IMG/VR virus record: IMGVR_UViG_3300047320_000285
Coordinates: 124,001-188,000 of that record
DNA: 64,000 nt
Reading direction: 5' to 3' (one strand)
Position 1 is the stretch's first letter. The number at the start of each line of letters is the position of its first letter. Below the pieces are notes generated by a model. That model worked only from the letters and a program-made list of their open reading frames with translations, made no database searches and was not told the DNA's origin. Of this stretch, positions 55,665 through 64,000 are shown one piece after another. A program made the translations under genes and the position numbers.

Positions 55665-57782
55665 CTAACGGACGGTACCGCGATAGAAGGCACTCACGAT
55701 ACGCGACGGCCACATGTCACCGACAAAAGAGGCCATGTGCGAGGGTGACTTCCAGCTGTCGAACGCCACCAGCTTTTGCGTGAGGTTGCGTTTAAAACGC
55801 CGCATCTGGTAGATCTGATCGGCCAGCCCCACACTGCCCAGCACGTTCATATAGTCGGTAAAGACGGTATCTTCGTCAAATACCCCCGCCGCCGCTGCCG
55901 CACCCAGTGCTGCCCCCGCAACGGCGCCGCCCGCGCCCCCTACCAGCGTGCCAGCAGGCCCGCCAAGGCTGCCGATTACACCACCGACACCTCCGCCCCC
56001 AATCGCCCCGGCAACGGCACCCGTGGCCGTATTGACCGCGGTATTGAAGTTAAAGCCGGCGGTAATTGGCATGTGCATCACCGACGACATGTCCACCACC
56101 GAGAAGGTGACTTCCATGCCCAGACATTCCCCATCGGCATTCCAACCCGTGTTACCGACCCCGCGGGTAATCGACAGCTGATCAATCATCCCCAACCGGG
56201 TCTGACAGCGACCCTTGTCGTACAGCTCCACCAAGAACGGCGAGCAGTAGGACTGCTTACCGGAGGACAGCGGCAACGAGCCTGCGAGCAACATCGCCAG
56301 CGGAATGTAGATGTTCATCAACTGCGAGAACGGATTGCCGTAAGGCGAGCGCAACTGGATCGTGTAGCTGGCCCGGGGTAGTGAGGCAGCCGAGGACTGC
56401 CACACCTTGGGGATGTCGACAAACGCGGCTCCACCCAGCACCGCGAGGCCTGAGAGCTGCAACTGATCGGTGACGCCCTTGACCAGATCGCCGACGGCGC
56501 CGAACGCCGCCGAGGCCATCGACCCCAGTGCGCCCCCCACGACGTTGCCGTTCATGAAGTTAAAGCTGGTTGAGCGCGACGAGGAAGCGACGTTGTTGAT
56601 CTTTTGCTGGATCTCCGACTCACCCACCTGATTGCTGAACGACTCAGCGACGCTGCCGGTATGATCGACCCGGAACGACGCAAACGCCCCACCATCATCC
56701 AGTTCACCCTTCAAGAAGTTCATGAAGGCGGACACTGGATTACTCGGATTGGTCATCTGATCCAAGTTTTCAATGCTGGAGTCTGACGCCGGCGGTGCGG
56801 CAGCGCCACCGTCATTGGCAGCATTGGACACCGCGGCCCCGATCTGCGCATCCGAACTCCCAGCCGCCGTTCCGGCAGGCTGCGCCGCTTCCGAGGACAA
56901 CCAGCTATTCAGATAGGTTTGGAAGTCCGCCCCCGGAACCTGCATCTGCTGGCTGTAGATGCGCTGGATATTCGAGGCGATGTCGGCATTATCCGAATCG
57001 TCGAAGGTCTGCAGCAAGGCCTTTTCCTGCGCGCGCACCATCCGCTGTGCCCGCGTGGCCATGGCGTACACGTCGATCGAGCCCGAGGAGGCAAACATCG
57101 CCGGGAACTGTTGATGGAGTTTGTCGATATCGGCTTGCGAGAACTGATACTGCTGGTTCATCACCGACTGCGCCGGGTTGCCTCCCACGCGCGGCACGAT
57201 CCCCTTGTTGACCGCGATTTGGTTGACGATGGTTTGCACCGCGTTCCAGTACAGCGGCATCGCCGGTTTCATGTAGTAATACTTGCTATTGGGCTTATCA
57301 CGCAGCAAGCTCAGGCCAAAGCCCAGCAAGTGCACCGCCAACAGTTTCCACGACAGCAGCGAGACCACGAAGGTCCCCGCGCGCCCAATCGCGTAAAACA
57401 GCCCGGGTGAACGACCCGTGCGGGCCAGCGAACCCGAGTCGGAGTTATAGAACCCCGAGAAGAAGTTCGTCATGCTGTTAAAGGCAGGCTGCCCAAACCG
57501 CATGTAGATAATCTGGTTGTGATCGTCGATGGCTTCCGAGTAGTAACGCCCCATCCCCGAGGAGTTGCTATTACGACTCTTGTTCGCCGGTCGCAAATCC
57601 GCATACCGCGTGAACTGCGGCGGCGGGTTGATACAGATATTGCCCCCGAGCGATGCGTCAGTGAACTTGATCTGGGCGGTACTGAAGGTCCGGTTCTGCT
57701 GGTCCACCGCTTCGAGCTGATCCTGACTCACCAAAAAGGCTTGCCGTACCCATTGCGAGTCAATGGTAAGTGGACTCGGCAT
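55665..57782 (-). CDS. Baseplate hub/tail-tip protein (phiKZ gp182-like)
   Basis: ATG 57782 with SD GGAG; FTDASLGGNICINPPPQFTRYAD, GMGRYYSEAIDD, SITRG.GN; follows the tape-measure gene. Confidence 0.75.
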   Translation of the reverse strand: MPSPLTIDSQWVRQAFLVSQDQLEAVDQQNRTFSTAQIKFTDASLGGNICINPPPQFTRYADLRPANKSRNSNSSGMGRYYSEAIDDHNQIIYMRFGQPAFNSMTNFFSGFYNSDSGSLARTGRSPGLFYAIGRAGTFVVSLLSWKLLAVHLLGFGLSLLRDKPNSKYYYMKPAMPLYWNAVQTIVNQIAVNKGIVPRVGGNPAQSVMNQQYQFSQADIDKLHQQFPAMFASSGSIDVYAMATRAQRMVRAQEKALLQTFDDSDNADIASNIQRIYSQQMQVPGADFQTYLNSWLSSEAAQPAGTAAGSSDAQIGAAVSNAANDGGAAAPPASDSSIENLDQMTNPSNPVSAFMNFLKGELDDGGAFASFRVDHTGSVAESFSNQVGESEIQQKINNVASSSRSTSFNFMNGNVVGGALGSMASAAFGAVGDLVKGVTDQLQLSGLAVLGGAAFVDIPKVWQSSAASLPRASYTIQLRSPYGNPFSQLMNIYIPLAMLLAGSLPLSSGKQSYCSPFLVELYDKGRCQTRLGMIDQLSITRGVGNTGWNADGECLGMEVTFSVVDMSSVMHMPITAGFNFNTAVNTATGAVAGAIGGGGVGGVIGSLGGPAGTLVGGAGGAVAGAALGAAAAAGVFDEDTVFTDYMNVLGSVGLADQIYQMRRFKRNLTQKLVAFDSWKSPSHMASFVGDMWPSRIVSAFYRGTVR

Positions 57783-57829
57783 ATGCACTCCAAGGAAGAA
57801 GTCCGACCCCCGCAGGAGCCGGACTGTTT

Positions 57830-60800
57830 TTAGAACGAAGTCCTGCGCGCCATGCTGATCGGCGCCTTTGACGCTTGTTGCGGGACCTGACGGGCGGCGG
57901 GTTGCGTGGTGGTACCCGCGTCAGCCGTGGCGCCAGCCGTAGCCGGTTGCGCGGCACCTTGCTTGTTCACGGCCTCGAAGATCTTGGACAGCCACGTGTT
58001 GGTTTGCACGGCCTGTTCCAATTGCTTATTCAGCACATCCGACGCTTCAGCTTGGGCCGGTGCTTGCGCAGCGGCCTGTGACTTCTGCTGCGAACTGATC
58101 TGCAAGGAACGCGGGTTGACGCCTTGCGACATGGCGGCCGAGGCCACCGTATTACCGACACTGCCCAGATAGCCACCCCCCGTGCCGCTGGCGGGTGTGG
58201 TGTCCGCCACCGGAATCACCGGCTTACCGGCGCCCGGCTTGGTCGGCGCGGCCGGAGACTGTGCCGGGGTACTGGACGGGGTACCCGTACTGGCGGCTCC
58301 CGGGCCCGTGACAGAACCCGGCGCTACGACACCCGGCGTGTTGCTGGTGTCACCCGGTTTCATGTCCTTGGCAAACTTGGGCGGACCCATGTCGCCAGCA
58401 TTACCTTTGACCGTGCTATCCGGCGCCGCTCCCGCGGAGGCCGCTTGGGCAGCAGCCGAGGCACCCGGCTTCATGCCTTCTGAACCGTCATCCGAGCCCA
58501 GCCCATACTTCGATCCCGCTGAACGCACCCGCCGGTTAATCTCGGCGTACACTTCAGCCACCGTACGAGGCTGGCCGTTGTTCATGAAGATCGGTGCATT
58601 GGCCCGGGCCGCATCCGGCATCAGCTGCACGGCGTTGGCATTCGGGCTGGCACTCAGCAACTTCTTCGCCCCGCCTGCACCCAAGAAGTGAGCCAGATAC
58701 AGATCGGTGTCAGTCAGCTGAGGCTTAACGCCCTTCAGGGCCGCGGCATTCTCCTTGATGAATTCAGCCCCCATCAAAGCAGACGCACGCGGATCGGTGG
58801 GCTGGGTGTTCATCGGAATCCCGTACTTGGGCCCATACTTCTTCAGCATGGTTTGCCACGTACTGTTGATGAACTGGAACAGGCCTGTCGCAGACGATGT
58901 CCCTGCCTTGACCTGCCAGTTAAAGCCCGACTCGATCGCGGCCATGGTCGCCATCAGTTTCGGGTCGACGCCAGCCATTTTAGCGGCCGCGTAGATCAGG
59001 TCCTTGGTGTTGGCCCAGCCAATCCCTTTCGGCATCGGCAGGTTATCGAGCTGGCCGCCGGTGGGCTGACCATTCATGTCCACCATGGACCCGCCTGTCA
59101 TGGCGGCGCCCTGATTGTACTCGGCTGCTCCGACTGCCGTGAAGGCCCGTTGCAGGCCCCCCAGAATTCCGGTGCCCCGCTTATTGCCATCACTCAGGGT
59201 CCCGAAGATCTTCCCCATGATGCTGGTCGGTTCATTGACCTGCGGTGTGGATGATCCCGCCTGATTACCGGCTGCTGAGTTCGCCGCCGAGGTCTTGCGC
59301 TCGAAAGCGGTTTGCTCGGCGAGCTTGTCGGTTTGCGCGGCATCCTTCAGCCCCTTCATGTTCCCGTCGGTGGTGGCGGATTCGGCATTCAGCTCGTAAC
59401 CCGGCCACGGCGACATCGGCAACTGCCAGACACTGGTAACCGTGCCATTGTAACGCGAGGTGGTGGTGAGGACGGCTTGCGCCACGCCCACCGAGTCCTG
59501 CGGCTTGAGTGCCTTGAAGCCTCCATCGGCATCATCCTTACCGGTGGCACTGCGCAAGGCAGTCCGGTAGTTCAAATACGTCGGCAAGAACCGCAAGTTA
59601 AACCAGCTCATCCAGTTATAGCCGTTGGTGTTGTTCACCCCATCGACGCCAAAGGATGGACCCGCCTTCGCGATAATGTCTTCAGGCTTGCCATTCCAAC
59701 CGGCCACCTTCTTGGCCGAGAACGACACGCCCTTATCCACCAGATCTTCCAGCTTGGAGAGCGCACTGACTTTGTCCGCATCCATGTCCTTCAACCCGTA
59801 GGCCTTGAAACGAATCGCGGACACCGCATCCACCCGACCATTCCAGCCTTGGTTCAAGGCACCGGCACCGCCCGCCACATACAGCAAGCCGCGATTACTC
59901 TGCACGCCGTCCACGTCACCGCCCGACAGACTGGCGGTCTTCAGTGCTTGCAGCGCCGGGGAACTCGCCAATGTCGCGCCGGGCTTGGCGGCACCCGGAT
60001 TGGCGAGGTTGGCTTCCGGTATGCCGGCCATCGCAAAGTCTGCGGCCAGTCCAGCTTCGCTGACCTTGGCATCCTTCTTGTCATCCGGCAACTTACCGAT
60101 TACGGCATCGGTTGCAGCGATCACCGCCTTGACTTCTTCCGGACCCGAGGGCAAGGTCTTCAGATCGGCGACCGGTGAAGTCAGTTCACCGTAGGGACCC
60201 GACGCGTACTTGGCCCCCGAGAAGTACTTCTTCTTCTCGGAGTTGTTCAGTTTGCTGTCAACGTCCTTCAGGGCAGTCCCCGGCTTGACGGTATTGAGCA
60301 CCGATACGGCCGTCAGGTACACGGGCTTAAAGCGCTTGGCAAACCACGAGATCCAGTTATTGACTGCTTGGGTGTCCTTGGTATCGACGTCAAAACCTTC
60401 CAACGCTTTCTTCCAGTCCACCTTCTTGTCATTGATCCCTGCCACGCCATTCTTGAACACCAAACCCGGCGCGATAAGATCTTCCAGATCGAACACCTTT
60501 GACACGTAATCCGTCACGTTGCCATCAAAGCCGTACTGCACGTAACGCATTTTCGACAACGTATCGAGGTTGTTCTTGGTGAAGTGCTTGTAGAGCATGT
60601 AGCCTCCGGCACCCACCGCAGCCGTCCCCGCCACCGCCAACAACACTGGTGATGCAGCAATCGCACCAATCGCGGTGAGCAACCCACCCCCGACGGCCCC
60701 GGCCAGTCCGAGCGCACCACCTTCGATGCCCAACAACCCGGCGGCACCAGAAGCCAGTCCCCAGCCGGTGGCCACATCACTACCGACATTCAGCGCTGAA

Positions 60801-63800
60801 CCAATCGTGTCATGTCCGGTGGCATTAGCCAAGCTACTGGCCACTCCCAGCCCGGCGCCGATGCCCAGTCCTTTCCCAAGGCCGGACTTCATCACGCCAC
60901 CCAACGCAGACCGCACCAAACCCTGCTTGGCGGCCTGACCCGCGGCGCCTTCGACGGCGGCTTCCGCCGCTTTGGCCGCACCCTTCTTACCAAACAGACG
61001 ACCGACCCCGGGGATCTTGGAGAGCAGCCGACCGAACTTGCCGGTGGCTTTCTCCCCCAGATACTGCGCGGCACCCGACTCAAGGTCGTCCACCACGCCG
61101 CCTTCGCCGTCTTTCTTCTCGTCGTCCTCGCCTTTCTTTTTCTTGAACATCGAGAACAACTTGCCGAGCGGACCCAAACCCTTGACGCCACCCTCTTCGC
61201 CCTTGAGCTTGGCCTCACGATTCGCATCGTCCTTGGCTTCTTCGTCCTCCCGAGCTTTGCGTTTGTTGTTCAGGTCTTCCACCGACCCCACGCGCAGCTT
61301 ACGACCCGGCAGCCGTTCATCGAGCAGGTCACGGATCTGTTCCACCGTCGAGAGCAATTGCTTGCCCCCGGAGAAGATCAAGCCGTCCTTACCGACAAAC
61401 GTGCCAAACAGCTTGCCCATGAAGGCCTTGACGCCCGAGAGCGCCTGACCGGCTATGCCACCGGCTTGCTGGAGCAAACCAAAACCCCCCATGATGGTGT
61501 CATGCGCAGCCTGCACCAGCTTGTCCATGCCGGTGCGCAGCGGCTTGCCATCGGAACCCAACAGCCCTGCCTTGATATCCGCCGCCGTCAACTGAATCTC
61601 GGGCTTGCCATCCACCATCATCGCCACCGGGCCTTCGATGTCGCCGATCTTCTTGATCTTCTTGTCGGGATTCTTGGCATCGAAATACTCACCGGCACGC
61701 ATCAACCGGGCCAGCAATTGCGGTCCATCCTTACGACCCTTGACGTACACGTCCGCCGGGCCATCCAGATAGTCCTTGATCAACGAGGTGGCCGTCGACA
61801 TCACCATGCCGTAGACACTGCGCGCCCGCGTGATCCCTTCGAGGGCGGTGTCCTTCCCCCACTGCAGGGCGGCACCCATGGCCTTCAAGGTCTTCTCACC
61901 GATACCCGACTTGATGATAGCCTGCTTGGCTTCTTCCGCCGTCATGACGATATTGCCCTGCAGGTCTACCACGGCACCCGAGATGTCGCTCCACTTCTCG
62001 ATCACCTTACCAGTGGCTTGGTCTTTGTACTCACCAGCTTTGAGCTTCCACGCGGTGATACGCGGCAGGACCTCACCCTTGATGTACACGTCCCGGAAAC
62101 CACGGGCTTTGTCCACGCCGACCTTGGCCCAATGCGTGGTCTGGTCTTTCAACCAGCCAGCGGGCTTGCCGAATACCTGCAGGCCACGCGCGCGCACGTC
62201 CTTGAGGGCGTTACGTGCCAAACCAAAGCCCTTGCTGCCAAAGTGCGTGGCGTGCCCCCACAGCGTCCGAGCACCGGCTTTACCCGCGGTGACGCCTGCG
62301 CCCGCCGCCGACATGGCTTTGTCGTACTGGGCCTGCATCTTCTCGAACACTTCGTTCGACACCATCAACGAGGGGATCCCCGTTTCCAGCTTCAACGCAA
62401 TGCGCTCAAGCAGTCCCAGCGCCTGAATGGCCTCCGCTTTGGACGACGCTTCCCGGACGGCTTTGATCAGCGGGTCGTCTTCTTCGTAGCCTTCGTGCGG
62501 CGGCGGAGCCGGAACTTCCATCGTGAAACCCGCGCTGCGGCGAGGAGCCGTTTCGTGCGCCCAACGAATCGGTGCACGGCGTTTGCGACGCGGACCCCGA
62601 TTGATCGTGAACCCTGCCTTAGCCGCAGACGCACCACCCACACCTTCCGACCCCGGCTCATAGCCGTCTCCGTAGTAGTACGAGTAGAGTTTCTCGACGT
62701 CAATCAAGTCTCCCTTCGCATTGACAATCCCCATTTCCTGCAGGGCTTCACCCTGACCCAGATGGACCAACCGTTGCACCAGCTCGCGTGAGTCACCCGT
62801 GTAACGACCGAGTGCGTTAAAACGACTGGACGCTTCGTAGAGTTTACTCTTGTCCGGATCGTTGTCGAGGTGATCCTTAAAGAGATTGGCAAACGTCTTG
62901 GCATGCGCTTCGCCCGGGCCACCCACGTAGGACTGCGGGTTGGTCAAACGTTCCTTGGTGAAACCCTTACCGCCGACGTTGTCATGCAGCATCTGCTTGC
63001 CGAAGGCTTTCTTCTGCTCCGCGGTCAGCTTGTCGCCACCAATCTGCGAGATAAAACGATCGATGTCATCGGTGGTGTATTTCTTGCCGTCATCGGTGAT
63101 GATCGACTTGAACATATTGCGCCGATAGTTGCCGCGCGTATCAAACCGGTTCTTGGTGTGGTCGTACTCGGTCAGCTCGGTTTTCTCATCGCCCGTGCGC
63201 ATTACCTGCAGCTCACGGTAGATCCGGGCCAGATAGCCCGGGATAATGTCGGTGATGCTCTTGCTGACATGGCGGTCAAACGTCGCCGGCTCTTGCAAGC
63301 CCGCAATGTTATCGCGGTCCAGTCCCTTCTCCACCCCGGGCATGCCCTTGATACCTTGCTTCAGGAACGAGATGATCGGGCTGAGTGCCGACCACTTGCC
63401 GCCCTCCTGACGACCGGACTTGGCCCAGTCCTGCAACAACGGTCCCATGTTCTCGATGCCGTACTGCAGCAGGTTGCCGCCCCTGCGGATCTTGGTGTTC
63501 CGGTTCAGATGCGGGTAGAGCTTGCGGGCTAACCACTGACCGGCTTGGTTCGCGCCAAACTGCCCGGCCATCTCGCCACCCATTTCGAGCGGGTCCATCT
63601 CGATGCCCATCTCGCGCGCCATGTCCCGGCTATCGAGCAGCATGTCGGCGGCATTGATCCCTTGACGAAAGCCGCCGGCCGCTTGGACGATCTTTTGCTG
63701 CGCCTGCTTTTGCAAGGAACCCACCAAGTCCCGAGCAAAACCCCGCTTCTGATCAAACGCCGAGCGCATCGCCCCGCCAATAAAGCGGTTACGCATCATC

Positions 63801-64000
63801 TTGCGCTTTTCTGGCGAGTTGTTCAGCTTGACAATGTCGGGCAGCGCCGTGTTCTTCATGATCGCATCGAGATGCGCATGGACGATGGCATTGGCGCGCT
63901 TGGTTTCAGCGAGCATGTCCATCTGCATGAAGTACGAACGGTACTGGATCTCCAGCGACTTGCGCTGGTAGTTCGCGTTGGCCGAGGTGGTATAAGCCGC
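57830..64000 (-). CDS. Tape-measure/tail lytic transglycosylase (phiKZ gp181-like), 5' end beyond the window
   Basis: Frame open from 64000 (AAYTTSANANYQRKSLEIQYRSYF...). SLT domain at ~58650-59000: AAIESGFN, ATGLFQFINSTW, LYLAHFLG. Confidence 0.9.
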   Translation of the reverse strand, partial: AAYTTSANANYQRKSLEIQYRSYFMQMDMLAETKRANAIVHAHLDAIMKNTALPDIVKLNNSPEKRKMMRNRFIGGAMRSAFDQKRGFARDLVGSLQKQAQQKIVQAAGGFRQGINAADMLLDSRDMAREMGIEMDPLEMGGEMAGQFGANQAGQWLARKLYPHLNRNTKIRRGGNLLQYGIENMGPLLQDWAKSGRQEGGKWSALSPIISFLKQGIKGMPGVEKGLDRDNIAGLQEPATFDRHVSKSITDIIPGYLARIYRELQVMRTGDEKTELTEYDHTKNRFDTRGNYRRNMFKSIITDDGKKYTTDDIDRFISQIGGDKLTAEQKKAFGKQMLHDNVGGKGFTKERLTNPQSYVGGPGEAHAKTFANLFKDHLDNDPDKSKLYEASSRFNALGRYTGDSRELVQRLVHLGQGEALQEMGIVNAKGDLIDVEKLYSYYYGDGYEPGSEGVGGASAAKAGFTINRGPRRKRRAPIRWAHETAPRRSAGFTMEVPAPPPHEGYEEDDPLIKAVREASSKAEAIQALGLLERIALKLETGIPSLMVSNEVFEKMQAQYDKAMSAAGAGVTAGKAGARTLWGHATHFGSKGFGLARNALKDVRARGLQVFGKPAGWLKDQTTHWAKVGVDKARGFRDVYIKGEVLPRITAWKLKAGEYKDQATGKVIEKWSDISGAVVDLQGNIVMTAEEAKQAIIKSGIGEKTLKAMGAALQWGKDTALEGITRARSVYGMVMSTATSLIKDYLDGPADVYVKGRKDGPQLLARLMRAGEYFDAKNPDKKIKKIGDIEGPVAMMVDGKPEIQLTAADIKAGLLGSDGKPLRTGMDKLVQAAHDTIMGGFGLLQQAGGIAGQALSGVKAFMGKLFGTFVGKDGLIFSGGKQLLSTVEQIRDLLDERLPGRKLRVGSVEDLNNKRKAREDEEAKDDANREAKLKGEEGGVKGLGPLGKLFSMFKKKKGEDDEKKDGEGGVVDDLESGAAQYLGEKATGKFGRLLSKIPGVGRLFGKKGAAKAAEAAVEGAAGQAAKQGLVRSALGGVMKSGLGKGLGIGAGLGVASSLANATGHDTIGSALNVGSDVATGWGLASGAAGLLGIEGGALGLAGAVGGGLLTAIGAIAASPVLLAVAGTAAVGAGGYMLYKHFTKNNLDTLSKMRYVQYGFDGNVTDYVSKVFDLEDLIAPGLVFKNGVAGINDKKVDWKKALEGFDVDTKDTQAVNNWISWFAKRFKPVYLTAVSVLNTVKPGTALKDVDSKLNNSEKKKYFSGAKYASGPYGELTSPVADLKTLPSGPEEVKAVIAATDAVIGKLPDDKKDAKVSEAGLAADFAMAGIPEANLANPGAAKPGATLASSPALQALKTASLSGGDVDGVQSNRGLLYVAGGAGALNQGWNGRVDAVSAIRFKAYGLKDMDADKVSALSKLEDLVDKGVSFSAKKVAGWNGKPEDIIAKAGPSFGVDGVNNTNGYNWMSWFNLRFLPTYLNYRTALRSATGKDDADGGFKALKPQDSVGVAQAVLTTTSRYNGTVTSVWQLPMSPWPGYELNAESATTDGNMKGLKDAAQTDKLAEQTAFERKTSAANSAAGNQAGSSTPQVNEPTSIMGKIFGTLSDGNKRGTGILGGLQRAFTAVGAAEYNQGAAMTGGSMVDMNGQPTGGQLDNLPMPKGIGWANTKDLIYAAAKMAGVDPKLMATMAAIESGFNWQVKAGTSSATGLFQFINSTWQTMLKKYGPKYGIPMNTQPTDPRASALMGAEFIKENAAALKGVKPQLTDTDLYLAHFLGAGGAKKLLSASPNANAVQLMPDAARANAPIFMNNGQPRTVAEVYAEINRRVRSAGSKYGLGSDDGSEGMKPGASAAAQAASAGAAPDSTVKGNAGDMGPPKFAKDMKPGDTSNTPGVVAPGSVTGPGAASTGTPSSTPAQSPAAPTKPGAGKPVIPVADTTPASGTGGGYLGSVGNTVASAAMSQGVNPRSLQISSQQKSQAAAQAPAQAEASDVLNKQLEQAVQTNTWLSKIFEAVNKQGAAQPATAGATADAGTTTQPAARQVPQQASKAPISMARRTSF
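61538..62070 (-). repeat. Two ~55-aa internal repeats in the tape-measure protein
   Basis: P.I.AW.LKAGEY.D...I.KWSDISG.V and PQL.A.LMRAGEY.D...I.KI.DIEG.V. Confidence 0.65.

Noticed and set aside
1-64000. CRISPR array, tRNAs, introns/inteins, homing endonucleases, DGR
   Set aside because: No regularly spaced direct repeats, cloverleafs, LAGLIDADG/HNH/intein motifs or reverse transcriptase seen. dnaB, both RNAP pieces, uvsX and sbcC are uninterrupted. The hairpin family has variable stems and is dispersed, not arrayed.

Overview
64 kb segment of a phiKZ-like (Chimalliviridae-type) jumbo phage genome. It is GC-rich and almost entirely coding. The host is not determinable from sequence. Core genes recognised from motifs and synteny: SNF2-like SF2 helicase, DnaB helicase, major capsid protein, non-virion and virion RNAP beta pieces, portal, RuvC-like resolvase, tail fibres (one with an S74 chaperone), baseplate spike, SbcC, RNase H, UvsX/RecA, baseplate hub and a tape-measure/lytic transglycosylase that runs off the right edge. 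The phiKZ gp numbers given are from recalled homology and synteny, not database searches. No tRNA, CRISPR array, integrase, intron or intein was seen. Most interesting unexplained items: (1) a 413-bp ORF-less gap after the capsid gene holding a three-way-junction RNA and an apparently self-contained ~87-nt late small RNA; (2) about 14 dispersed hairpins in which TATGCC, not a U-tract, follows the stem on the transcribed strand; (3) a six-member tandem paralog array of an unknown ~90-aa domain; (4) a possible ADP-ribose toolkit (ART-fold candidate, NADAR, SLOG) plus a CYTH enzyme with head-protease-type sites; (5) two separate membrane protein + lipoprotein (spanin-like) pairs.
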